From Pseudomonadales bacterium (GTDB taxonomy: Bacteria; Pseudomonadota; Gammaproteobacteria; Pseudomonadales; JAHRWD01), in the NCBI GenBank assembly GCA_029210125.1, contig JARGPR010000001.1:390812-454811 (forward strand): 64,000 bases of DNA, given 5' to 3'. A program made the position numbers and the translations under genes. Positions 30,888 to 40,163 of this stretch are shown here, in pieces (within the stretch, counting starts at the first letter, position 1; each line of letters opens with the position of its first letter). Below the pieces are notes generated by a model. That model worked only from the letters and a program-made list of their open reading frames with translations, searched no databases and was not told the origin of the DNA.

Positions 30888-32270
30888 ATGACCAATTTAT
30901 CTTTTTCATCTCTTCCTATCTCCGCAGCCCAGACTGAGAACCTCGATTCCCTCGGCTACAAACAGATGACCGCAATTCAGTCCCAGGCATTGCCCCATGT
31001 ACTGGAGGGCAGGGATATTATCGCCCAGGCCAAAACCGGTAGCGGCAAAACAGCGGCTTTTGGCATAGGTCTCTTAAATCAGATCAACCCAAGGTTTTTT
31101 GGTGTGCAGGCACTCATACTGTGCCCAACGCGAGAACTGGCTGATCAGGTTGGAAAAGAGATCCGAAAACTAGCTCGTATGACCCCCAATATTAAATTAG
31201 TGCTGCTATGTGGCGGTAAACCCTTTGGGCCACAGGTGGGTTCACTTGAGCACGGTGCCCATATTGTTGTGGGTACGCCAGGGCGGCTTCAGGATCACCT
31301 GCGTAAAGGTAACTTAAAGCTTGATGGGCTCAAAACCCTGGTGCTGGATGAAGCGGACAGAATGCTGGATATGGGTTTTTATGATGTGATGCTGGAGATC
31401 ATCCAGCAGACTCCGGCAAAACGACAGACGCTGTTATTCTCCGCAACGTACCCCGATAGTATCAAAAAAATGTGTCGCTCTATTTTGAGCGATCCGGTGA
31501 CGGTTACCGTAGAGGCCGAGCATCAGTTGGGTGTGATTGACCAAGTTTTTTATGCCATTAAAAAACATGAACGTGACGATACGCTACTTGGATTGTTTGA
31601 GCACTATCAGCCTGAATCCACCGTTGTTTTTTGCCACACTAAAAAGCAATGCGCAGAAGTTTCCCTGTTTCTGCGTGAACATCATATTCTAGCCCTGGCA
31701 ATTCATGGTGACCTCGACCAGCGTGAGCGTGACCAGGTACTAGTACGTTTCGCTAACAATAGTTGCTCAGTGCTGGTAGCTACTGATGTTGCAGCCCGCG
31801 GTCTTGACATTAAATCCCTCCAGGCCGTGATCAATTACGAACTACCTCGCGATCCGGACGTATACACCCACCGCATTGGTCGAACTGGTCGTGCCGGTGA
31901 AAAAGGGTTGGCACTAAGTCTATTTACCGACAATGAGCGCATACGGGTCAACGGGATTGAACAACATCAAAATATTCTGTGTCATTGCGAGTATCCTGCA
32001 TCATTGCGGAGACTGGATGATTTTGACTTGCAACCACCAATGATCACCATTCAACTCGATGCTGGACGGAAAAACAAAATGAGGCCCGGTGATCTGTTGG
32101 GTGCACTGACCGGTGATGCGGGATTAAAAGGTTCGCAGATCGGCAAAATTGATATATTTGATATGTCGAGTTATGTAGCGATTGAGCACGGAGCGGTGCG
32201 AAAAGCGCTGGATTATCTAGCCCGTGGCAAGGTAAAAGGGCGTTCTGTACGGGCTCGAAAAATAACTTAA
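30888..32270 (+). CDS. dbpA: ATP-dependent RNA helicase DbpA (DEAD-box)
   Basis: It has the Q-motif, Walker A AQAKTGSGKT, VLDEADRMLD, SAT, HRIGRTGRAG and a C-terminal DbpA-type RNA-binding domain (ITIQLDAGRKNKMRPGDLLGAL). Confidence 0.9.
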   Translation: MTNLSFSSLPISAAQTENLDSLGYKQMTAIQSQALPHVLEGRDIIAQAKTGSGKTAAFGIGLLNQINPRFFGVQALILCPTRELADQVGKEIRKLARMTPNIKLVLLCGGKPFGPQVGSLEHGAHIVVGTPGRLQDHLRKGNLKLDGLKTLVLDEADRMLDMGFYDVMLEIIQQTPAKRQTLLFSATYPDSIKKMCRSILSDPVTVTVEAEHQLGVIDQVFYAIKKHERDDTLLGLFEHYQPESTVVFCHTKKQCAEVSLFLREHHILALAIHGDLDQRERDQVLVRFANNSCSVLVATDVAARGLDIKSLQAVINYELPRDPDVYTHRIGRTGRAGEKGLALSLFTDNERIRVNGIEQHQNILCHCEYPASLRRLDDFDLQPPMITIQLDAGRKNKMRPGDLLGALTGDAGLKGSQIGKIDIFDMSSYVAIEHGAVRKALDYLARGKVKGRSVRARKIT

Positions 32271-32301
32271 AGAGGCACTTGTTTAACTGAATCTTCCACA
32301 G

Positions 32302-34761
32302 CTAGCGAGTTGTCAGGAAACCTTCAAATATACTTGCGGGTACGGGAGGGCTAAACAGATATCCCTGGGCTTCATCACACCCCATTTCCTTGATTTTATT
32401 TTTTTGTTCTAACTCCTCGACACCTTCAGCAATAACCTTTAGTTGCAGCCCTTTTGACATCGCTACAATAGCTCTGGTTATAGCGAAATCATCTCTGTCG
32501 TGAAGAATGTCTGAAACAAATGATCGATCAATTTTGACGGCGTGGATCGGTAATTTTTTCAAATATTCCAAAGAGGAATAACCGGTACCAAAATCATCAA
32601 TACTGATGGTTACCCCCAGCTTTTTGATCCCTTCCAAAATGGTAACGGTATTCTGCAGATTTTCCATCAACATACTTTCTGTAATTTCGACCTCAAAAAA
32701 ACTGGCATTTATTTTTGAATCGGTTAGGGCATTTGAGATTAAATCAGGAAGGCTTAGTTCTGAAAACTGACGGGCAGATAGATTTACTGCGACACTCAGG
32801 TCGTTGTGGCCTGAGTCATGCCAGGTACGAAGCTTCTTGCAGGCAGTTTTAATCACCCACTCACCCACAGCAATTATCATTCCAGTGGATTCGAGGATAG
32901 GTACAAAAACATCAGGTGGGATAACTCCCCTTTCAGGGTGATGCCAGCGAATCAGCGCCTCAGCTCCTGATATTTTGTCATTGGATAGATCTATTTTTGG
33001 CTGGTAGTACAGTTCAAATTGGTTGAGTAATAATGCATTTCGGAGGTCATTTTCGAGTTGGAGTTGCTCTATAGAATGACGATTTAGTTCTTTTGAATAA
33101 TAACTGAATTGATCCCGCCCACCTCGCTTGGATTCATACATAGCGGTATCGGCATTTTTAAGAAGTTCTTCCGGCGTACCTCCATCAATCGGAAAGATGG
33201 TGATTCCAATACTGGTTGATATGAAAACCTCTTGCTGATTCAGAAAAAAGGCACTTTTTAGTGCCTCCAATATTTTTTTTGCAATAAAGCTGCATCGATT
33301 TTCGGTGGCATCGTGTTCGATGATAATAGTGAACTCATCGCCGCCAAGTCGGGCCAGGGTGTCGCTAGATCTAATGATACCTTTAACACGCTGAGCCACT
33401 TCGACTAGCAATCGATCGCCTGTACTGTGTCCAAAAGTATCATTCACTTTCTTGAAATGATCAAGATCGAAGAAAATAAGGCCAATTTGTTCACCAGTCC
33501 TTTTCGCTTGATCCGTAGCATGTAGAAGCCGGTCCTGAAAAAGAGCTCGATTAGGAAGTTCTGTTAGCTCGTCATATTGCGCCATATAGCGTAATTTCTC
33601 TTCTATTCTTACCCTTTTTGTGACATCAATAGCGGTGGCGATAAAACCATTAATTTGTTGGTTGCGGTCAAAAAGCGGACCGGTTCTTATTTCGAAAACC
33701 TTATCCTCATGAGCATATTCGATGGTCAAGTTTTCACCAACCGCAGATTTTTCTAATAGACTTTGAATCGGTAGGTCGTCGTCAAATACATCCGCGCTAT
33801 TTTTACCAATTACTTTTTCCGGGGTATATCGGTCGGAAGTCGGCAATCCCCCAACAAAATGAGTAACTACACCATTTAGATCAATCGTAATGAATGTCAT
33901 GTCCGCTGCCACCGCGGAAAGCTCTAGTAGATTTGATATATCATGAATGACCTCTTCATGTTCACGGGTTTCAGTGATGTCTTGAATAGTACCTATTACA
34001 TGTTCGGGTTCATTTTTAGTTTTTCTCGTACGTCCTTGTATCAGGAATACTCGCGGACGAGTTTCTCTATTTGGTACTAATTTAACTTCGATGGGTGCAC
34101 ACACGGTACGCTCAGGGTTGCTTAGCTGGTCCATTATAGCAGCGCGCTCTGATATCGTTGCCATACCTATAATGTCCTCAACCGTTAGCTCCTTGTCTGA
34201 AGGATAGTTTAGTAACTCTTGAATACCCGTAGCGAACTCATAAGAATGATCTTCGTATCGGTATATCCAGGTTCCAATTTTACCCGCGGATCGAATGTTT
34301 TCTAACTCAATGGTATTGCATTCCAGGTGTTTGAGTACTTCTCCTGATTTAATTACAAATTGTATACGGTGTATAAATAGGGGAATGCTAATAGCCTTAA
34401 TGATGAAATCCGTTGCACCTGCGTTAAAGCTCTTTATAAACATCTGTTGATTTGAGCGCTCGGCGAGAACCAAAATTGGGGTAGTGCCTCCTGTAGGCAG
34501 GTTCCTGATCTTTTTACAGAGTGCTAAACCATCGAACTCTTCAGACTCAATATCTATCAACACGCATGATGGTTTGCATTGTGTAAAGATAACCACTGCT
34601 TCATCGAGTGAGCAGGCCGATAGAATTTCGACTGATACTGAAGCCAAGGCATCCGCGTACTCAGATTTTGTGGCTCCATTCGTATCCACAATCAGTATTG
34701 ATTTTTTAGTTTCCAATATATCGTTAATAACGTAATTTTTGTTGTATGAAAGTTGTTTCAT
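32302..34761 (-). CDS. Atypical receiver - PAS - GGDEF - EAL protein
   Basis: 819 aa. N-terminal CheY-like domain, two PAS-like segments, GGDEF (RLGGDEFTI with the RxxD RSSD five residues upstream) and EAL (EALIRW, DDFGTGYSSL, KIDRSFV, AEGVE, QGYLFSPP). Confidence 0.85.
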   Translation of the reverse strand: MKQLSYNKNYVINDILETKKSILIVDTNGATKSEYADALASVSVEILSACSLDEAVVIFTQCKPSCVLIDIESEEFDGLALCKKIRNLPTGGTTPILVLAERSNQQMFIKSFNAGATDFIIKAISIPLFIHRIQFVIKSGEVLKHLECNTIELENIRSAGKIGTWIYRYEDHSYEFATGIQELLNYPSDKELTVEDIIGMATISERAAIMDQLSNPERTVCAPIEVKLVPNRETRPRVFLIQGRTRKTKNEPEHVIGTIQDITETREHEEVIHDISNLLELSAVAADMTFITIDLNGVVTHFVGGLPTSDRYTPEKVIGKNSADVFDDDLPIQSLLEKSAVGENLTIEYAHEDKVFEIRTGPLFDRNQQINGFIATAIDVTKRVRIEEKLRYMAQYDELTELPNRALFQDRLLHATDQAKRTGEQIGLIFFDLDHFKKVNDTFGHSTGDRLLVEVAQRVKGIIRSSDTLARLGGDEFTIIIEHDATENRCSFIAKKILEALKSAFFLNQQEVFISTSIGITIFPIDGGTPEELLKNADTAMYESKRGGRDQFSYYSKELNRHSIEQLQLENDLRNALLLNQFELYYQPKIDLSNDKISGAEALIRWHHPERGVIPPDVFVPILESTGMIIAVGEWVIKTACKKLRTWHDSGHNDLSVAVNLSARQFSELSLPDLISNALTDSKINASFFEVEITESMLMENLQNTVTILEGIKKLGVTISIDDFGTGYSSLEYLKKLPIHAVKIDRSFVSDILHDRDDFAITRAIVAMSKGLQLKVIAEGVEELEQKNKIKEMGCDEAQGYLFSPPVPASIFEGFLTTR

Positions 34762-34784
34762 GAATAGTGCTACTTTGTTTACTT

Positions 34785-37265
34785 TTATTCGTGTTCGTTT
34801 GGTTTCGATTTTTCGATTGAATCCTGAAATTCGTTTAGCGCTGTGATCACACTTTCATATTCAGATGCTAATTCAGCAAGATTTTTATCGCTATGTTGCA
34901 GGTTTCCGGCGCGCCCTTCGGTCTCCATTTTTTGGCAAATTGCCGCAAAATGTGTAGCACCAACATTTGCGCCTGCTGACTTAAGAGAATGGCTAATGAG
35001 TACGTAGCGATCTATATCATTGTCTTTGAGAGTGGTCACTAAATTCCTTAAAGCTGCTTTGGTGTCTTTTATGAATATCCCTATCACTTTTGATAGCAGG
35101 CCTATGGAGCCATTTTTTTCTAGCTCCAGAATTTGTCCCAGTGCTTTTTCATTGAGTCTTGTAGTTCGTATCCCAGAGCTTGTAATAACTGCTTGAGGTT
35201 GGGGTTCAGTAGGGTCAGAGAAACTCTGCTCCTGAGTTTTGGAGAGACTTTGCGGACGATTTTCTGAGGTTTTATCCAGCAATTCTTGTCGCTCGATATT
35301 TTCGTGGTTCTCGCAGGTATCCACTTTTTTTTCGAATTTCGATAATATTAATACCATATCAGCTAGAAGAAATGGTTTTCCAAGATGATCATCCATGCCA
35401 GCATTAAGCGATATCTCTCGATCACCCTTCATTGCATTAGCAGTGCAGGCAATGATTGGAGTATGAGAAAGTTGCCGGGCTTCTTCAAGCATACGAATTT
35501 TTTTAGTAGCTTCGTAACCATCCATAATAGGCATATTGATATCCATCAATACCAAATCATAGGATTCGGCGTTGAACTGTTGCACGGCCTCTTGACCATT
35601 TTCTGCCAGAGTGATGGTACACCCCAGTTTTGTGAGCATCGCAGAGGCCACCATTTGATTCACAGGGTGGTCTTCGACCAACAGTATTCTATGATAGAAA
35701 ATGGGGGTTTCTTCTGGCTGATCCTGTTCTTTGACCTTATCGACAACAGGAAGAGTAACTTCAAAACCAAAAGTGGAACCGTGCCCTGGTTCGCTGTCTA
35801 CCCAGATCTTACCGCCCATCAACTCGACGAGCTCCTGACATATCGATAGCCCTAAACCTGTACCACCGTACTTTCTGGTAGTGGATTCATCGGCCTGGCT
35901 AAAACGATCGAATATAATGTCGAGTCGGTCTTTTTCGATACCAATACCACTATCGGTAACCGAAAAGATTATTGTCGCCTGTTCTTCTTTTATGTCGCGA
36001 CTACGGATAGATACGGAAATCGAACCTCCGGAGGTAAACTTAATTGCATTTTCTGTGAGGTTAAGCAGTATCTGGCGCAAGCGACCTGAGTCCCCTAGAA
36101 AATACAAGGGTGTTCCCTTGGCGATTTCCAAGGTTAGAGTTGTGCTTTTAATAGCCGCGCTTTCACTTAATAATTCGTGTATTTCAGAGGCTAGTTCTTC
36201 GAGGCTAAATTCAGCTTGTTCAATACTCAGCTTGCCCGACTCTGCTTTTGAGAGGGTTAATATATCGTTGATAATATTAAGCAGTGCTTGGGATGACCTT
36301 CGTAGTGTTTGTACATAGTGCTTTTGTTGCTGATCTAATGGCGTGTCAAGTAGTAGGTCCGACACCCCGATAAGCCCGTTCATAGGGGTTCGGATTTCAT
36401 GGCTCATGGTAGCTAAAAAAGTACCCTTAGCCTCATTAGCGGCTTCGGCATCCTGCTTTGACTGGGCTAATTCTTTTACATAATTTTCGAGACTAAGTTC
36501 ATTTGTCTGAATCTGCGCAAGCATATCGTTAAAGTTACTGACAAGATCACCAATTTCATCCTTCGAGCGATGGTCGGAGCGCTGAGAATAATCACCGGTT
36601 TCTTTTACTACATTCATCAAGTTGACGAGCCCATCCACAGGCTGAAATACGTTATTAATTAAACGTCTTAACAGCGCCATTAGAAGAATCAAAAATGGCA
36701 GTAGGCAAGCAGCTAAGGTTGCAAGGAACCGGAGTAACAGAGCTTGAATATGGTCAGTTGAGCTCGAGACGGTAACGTATCCAAGTACTTTACCGTTGAT
36801 ATGCACCTGAGTGGATACGTCAATATGATCTGAATATTCATCGACGCCACCGTCCGTCATTTTTAACGACAGGTCCGCGATAGGTATATGGTCTGAACGG
36901 TTTTGGGTGAGTTTAAGCAGCAGAGAGCGGTGTGCTGTCGCCTGGCTTTCGAAAGTTGCAAATAGATCTCCCGCGGAATCATACAGGCTGGCGGATACTA
37001 CATTGCTGTCCGCAACTAGCGTATTAAGCGTTTCGCTGGCTGATTCAATATCTGCAAATGCCAGTGGAGCAGAGAGATTATTTGCGATAGCACTACTCAA
37101 AATAGTAATGGAGCGAATGGCATTTTCTTTGCTTAGCTGAAAACTATAGATGAGAGCAGTTCCAGAAATCCCGCTTAAAAATATAAAAACGATGACTGAC
37201 GAAGTAAGAAACCGGCGTTTAATAGAGTTCCTGCGATTTGGTTTGACTACGCTACTATTGTTCAT
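34785..37265 (-). CDS. Hybrid sensor histidine kinase (periplasmic sensor-HAMP-HisKA-HATPase-REC-HPt)
   Basis: 826 aa. TM1 is at about aa 20-42 and TM2 at about aa 178-200, flanking a periplasmic loop of about 135 aa. It has a HAMP domain, the H-box [11 protein letters not shown], HATPase G-boxes (DSGIGI, GGTGLGL), a receiver ([17 protein letters not shown]) and a C-terminal HPt ([13 protein letters not shown]). Confidence 0.88.
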   Translation of the reverse strand: MNNSSVVKPNRRNSIKRRFLTSSVIVFIFLSGISGTALIYSFQLSKENAIRSITILSSAIANNLSAPLAFADIESASETLNTLVADSNVVSASLYDSAGDLFATFESQATAHRSLLLKLTQNRSDHIPIADLSLKMTDGGVDEYSDHIDVSTQVHINGKVLGYVTVSSSTDHIQALLLRFLATLAACLLPFLILLMALLRRLINNVFQPVDGLVNLMNVVKETGDYSQRSDHRSKDEIGDLVSNFNDMLAQIQTNELSLENYVKELAQSKQDAEAANEAKGTFLATMSHEIRTPMNGLIGVSDLLLDTPLDQQQKHYVQTLRRSSQALLNIINDILTLSKAESGKLSIEQAEFSLEELASEIHELLSESAAIKSTTLTLEIAKGTPLYFLGDSGRLRQILLNLTENAIKFTSGGSISVSIRSRDIKEEQATIIFSVTDSGIGIEKDRLDIIFDRFSQADESTTRKYGGTGLGLSICQELVELMGGKIWVDSEPGHGSTFGFEVTLPVVDKVKEQDQPEETPIFYHRILLVEDHPVNQMVASAMLTKLGCTITLAENGQEAVQQFNAESYDLVLMDINMPIMDGYEATKKIRMLEEARQLSHTPIIACTANAMKGDREISLNAGMDDHLGKPFLLADMVLILSKFEKKVDTCENHENIERQELLDKTSENRPQSLSKTQEQSFSDPTEPQPQAVITSSGIRTTRLNEKALGQILELEKNGSIGLLSKVIGIFIKDTKAALRNLVTTLKDNDIDRYVLISHSLKSAGANVGATHFAAICQKMETEGRAGNLQHSDKNLAELASEYESVITALNEFQDSIEKSKPNEHE

Positions 37266-37854
37266 TTTTGAAAACCTCCGAAATTCTCAGAAGTTTCGAG
37301 CTAACGCTGATTCCTGTTTCTTTAATAAGTTCCAAATTGACTTGAGGTCGAATCCGTTTTCCTTGTTTCTTAAGGCGTATCATCGCACCGTAGTAGAGCA
37401 TCTCTTTGTTGCTGGTAACCGTAAGCGTCGGCTGCTGTTTTATATTGGCCAGTATATTAAAGTTGGCCTCACTAGCGGATGAGAAATAGATCATCTGGCA
37501 CTGTGTGCTATTCGGTATTTCGTAGAGTTTTCGAATAGCTATAGGCAGATTACCGACCATCTCTCCAACGGTGATTTTTTCCAGTATTGTTTGCAGCGGC
37601 AAATCGTCATCTACGCATATCGTAAAATAGGATTCATTTTGGTCGGTGTTGGTATCAATTGGCCACTCGATAAATTTGGAAAATTGATACAGGAATATTG
37701 CGGTTAATTTGGTTTCAGCCGAAGCTTGGGGTTTTTGTGACAAAGCATCCGCTGCAGAAGCTTCAATGCTGAACACGCAGCTTGCAACCAATATCAGCCC
37801 CCACTTCCAGAGCGGACGCATGATTTTGTCGGTAGTTTTATTGAAGAGCATCAT
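37255..37854 (-). CDS. YfiR family / DUF4154 periplasmic protein
   Basis: 199 aa with a signal peptide (...[10 protein letters not shown]). The block [17 protein letters not shown] is typical of DUF4154 as I recall it. It has two mature-region cysteines (C80, C119). The stop overlaps the kinase start by 11 nt. Confidence 0.7.
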   Translation of the reverse strand: MMLFNKTTDKIMRPLWKWGLILVASCVFSIEASAADALSQKPQASAETKLTAIFLYQFSKFIEWPIDTNTDQNESYFTICVDDDLPLQTILEKITVGEMVGNLPIAIRKLYEIPNSTQCQMIYFSSASEANFNILANIKQQPTLTVTSNKEMLYYGAMIRLKKQGKRIRPQVNLELIKETGISVSSKLLRISEVFKNEQ

Positions 37855-37872
37855 TTTTATCTACGTCTCTGC

Positions 37873-39915
37873 TTAAAGCGACCAGTTCAGTTTTAGATAA
37901 AAATCACGTTCAATTTCGGCATTTCGAGTACTAGGACTCGATGCACTGTATTCGAGATGATTGCTATGAAGCAGGTTGCGGCCCGCCAGGCTGATATCAA
38001 GTGAAGGTGTAACTTGCCATATGAGTTTGAGGTCCATTTCTACGTATTCGTCCATAATCAATCCAGCCGGCGCACCCACATGGCGAGCGTCGATATTTAT
38101 GGTTAGATCATCAGACAGCGTTCCATACAGGTTTAGATTGAGTTGATGCTCAACCGTTGGAATGGTGACAAAACCAGCATTGCTGCTGTTGTTTGCGTAT
38201 GAATAATGGATACGACCTTGCCATTGTGGAGAGGGCTGCCACCAAAGGGAAACCTCAGTACCATGGGCTTTAAAATCGGTGCTGTTGATCATCGCTATCG
38301 ACACGGCATACGTTGGCGGTGGGCCGGGGTTCAGTACCGGCCCGCTAATGAGTTGTAGCCCGGGCAACCCCTTAAACTCGTTGTAATAGGCCGCAATGTC
38401 TATACGTAGGTTATTTTTTAAATTAGTGCGGAAGCCTGCTTCAAGTGAGGTTAGTTTTTCGACATCGTAAACTCCGGTAGCAACCAATGTTGCAAGAGTC
38501 GGTTGGTTAAGCGATTGACCGATGACAGGGGTATTTGCAGGTACAAAAATACTTAACGTGGCATCTTGTTCTACTCGTGTAGGGCTGCGGATTGCCTTTG
38601 ATAGCGCGGCCCAAACAGTACTGGTTTCACTAATTTGATAGTTAAACCGTATGCTGGGTTGCAGCTCGTAATCCGACTGCATACGATCATTGCCTTCAAT
38701 TTTGACACCAACAATCATATCCAGATTTTCGATGATGTTTACAGATCGGTTTTGGACGAAGGCATTCCACGTCTCATTTGTGTCCTTGGCTGGGTCAAAC
38801 GACACAGCCGCGCCATTAATGAGCTTGTCTCGGGTTTCCCTGTACCCCGCTCCAACGGTAGTGTATTGATCTGACCACGTAAAATTCTGCTGGAATTCAA
38901 TATCGAGGGTCGTTCTGTCCTCGGTTGCCAAAAGTTCCTGACGATAGGTATGGTCATAAAATAGTTGTAATGAGCGTGAAGATCCCTCGGCCCCATCGTT
39001 CTGCCAAAGGAATGTCAGGTTTTCACCGCTGAATTTTGCCTGGTTTAGTGAGGCGGGCAGGGCGTCTGGCAGTGGTAATGAGATAGGTGGAATGTAGGCT
39101 AAACCTGCGGCGTTACCTTTATAAGCTCCTCCATGAAAAGAGATCTGATGGTTCTCGTGTATTGTAGAGTCAATGCGGAAGCCGGCCCTGCGATCCTGCC
39201 AATCATCCTCCGCTGAGTCACCGCTCTGGTACTCATAATTGTCGAGGCGGCGTTGTTTTACGTACATACGATAGCTGGTGTCATTGCTAAGAGCAGCGCC
39301 GTGACGCACGGTGATGGACCCTTGTTCGTGACTCCCTGCGGTACCTGATATTAGATTTTCCTGTGTTTGCGAGGCATCTTTAGTGATAATGTTGATGACG
39401 CCATTTACGGCATTAGAGCCCCAAATAGCCCCACCTGGCCCGCGGATGATTTCAATACGTTCGATATCTTCAAGAACCGTGTCCTGCACATCCCAAAAAA
39501 CACCTCCAAACAAGGGTGTATAAAGGCTGCGGCCATCCATTAATACCAATAAACTGTTGGCAAATTGGCCGCCAAAGCCGCGGGTGCCAATTGACCAGCT
39601 ATTACTGTTTATCTTTGCAACATGCAGTCCGGGTACTGATCTGAGCAGTTCCGGGATTGAGGTAGCCGCTGAACGTTTGATCTCTTCCGCTGTGATCACA
39701 TAAACCGCTGCAGCGGTATCGGAGAGTTTGGTGCTGGTCTTACTTGCTATCGAAACTTCGACGTTGACCAGCTCTTCTAGGCTCATTGATTTTAGAGTGT
39801 CAAGGTCGTAATCCTGACTGGGATCGGCAAGAACTAAACCTGATGCCCCCCATAAAAGCGAAGTGATTAAGCCTACTTTGAGGGCTCTATTTATGTCAAA
39901 GTTGAGATGTTTCAT
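37873..39915 (-). CDS. TonB-dependent outer-membrane receptor
   Basis: Plug motifs (AVYVITAEEIKRSAATSIPELLRSVPGLHV, IEIIRGPGGAIWGSNAVNGVINIITK) and a long beta-barrel. The start is set at ATG 39915 (MKHLNFDINRALKVGLITSLLWGASGLVLA signal peptide). The ORF-track start at 40005 adds 30 non-signal residues. Confidence 0.88.
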   Translation of the reverse strand: MKHLNFDINRALKVGLITSLLWGASGLVLADPSQDYDLDTLKSMSLEELVNVEVSIASKTSTKLSDTAAAVYVITAEEIKRSAATSIPELLRSVPGLHVAKINSNSWSIGTRGFGGQFANSLLVLMDGRSLYTPLFGGVFWDVQDTVLEDIERIEIIRGPGGAIWGSNAVNGVINIITKDASQTQENLISGTAGSHEQGSITVRHGAALSNDTSYRMYVKQRRLDNYEYQSGDSAEDDWQDRRAGFRIDSTIHENHQISFHGGAYKGNAAGLAYIPPISLPLPDALPASLNQAKFSGENLTFLWQNDGAEGSSRSLQLFYDHTYRQELLATEDRTTLDIEFQQNFTWSDQYTTVGAGYRETRDKLINGAAVSFDPAKDTNETWNAFVQNRSVNIIENLDMIVGVKIEGNDRMQSDYELQPSIRFNYQISETSTVWAALSKAIRSPTRVEQDATLSIFVPANTPVIGQSLNQPTLATLVATGVYDVEKLTSLEAGFRTNLKNNLRIDIAAYYNEFKGLPGLQLISGPVLNPGPPPTYAVSIAMINSTDFKAHGTEVSLWWQPSPQWQGRIHYSYANNSSNAGFVTIPTVEHQLNLNLYGTLSDDLTINIDARHVGAPAGLIMDEYVEMDLKLIWQVTPSLDISLAGRNLLHSNHLEYSASSPSTRNAEIERDFYLKLNWSL

Positions 39916-40099
39916 ATCATTTTTGATCACTTCTAGTTTGTTTGTGCGCCGCTGTTTCCATTGACTATAGCTCCCACCGATCGGGGTCATATAACTGTCA
40001 TACAACTAAAGTATAGGCACCGTTTAAACAGATTGTGTAAAAGATATCTGAATGGAGTTTGGTTTGGGCGCAGAAGCTAATGTGGTTGCGATAATGATT

Positions 40100-40130
40100 C
40101 TCGAAGCGCATCTCCATAGAGACGTTCGAG
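40100..40130 (-). terminator. Candidate imperfect hairpin after batD
   Basis: CTCGAA ... TTCGAG outer stem with an inner TCTC/GAGA stem, 34 nt after the batD stop. No strong U-run follows. Confidence 0.3.
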
Positions 40131-40163
40131 GCACAGCAGAGAGTTATTGATTGTTATTAGAAT

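Noticed and set aside
40090-40108. A possible Fur box (GATAATGATTCTCGAAGCG) upstream of the TonB-dependent receptor operon.
   Set aside because: Only the first half matches GATAATGATAATCATTATC, about 11 of 19 positions by hand. It sits about 180 nt from the receptor start and is adjacent to the batD hairpin. This is insufficient to call iron regulation.
39916-40163. A check for a cobalamin or other riboswitch in the 248-nt leader of the TonB-dependent receptor gene.
   Set aside because: There is no B12-box-like GCCACTG element and no extended GC-rich paired architecture. The region is AT-rich with only short hairpins.
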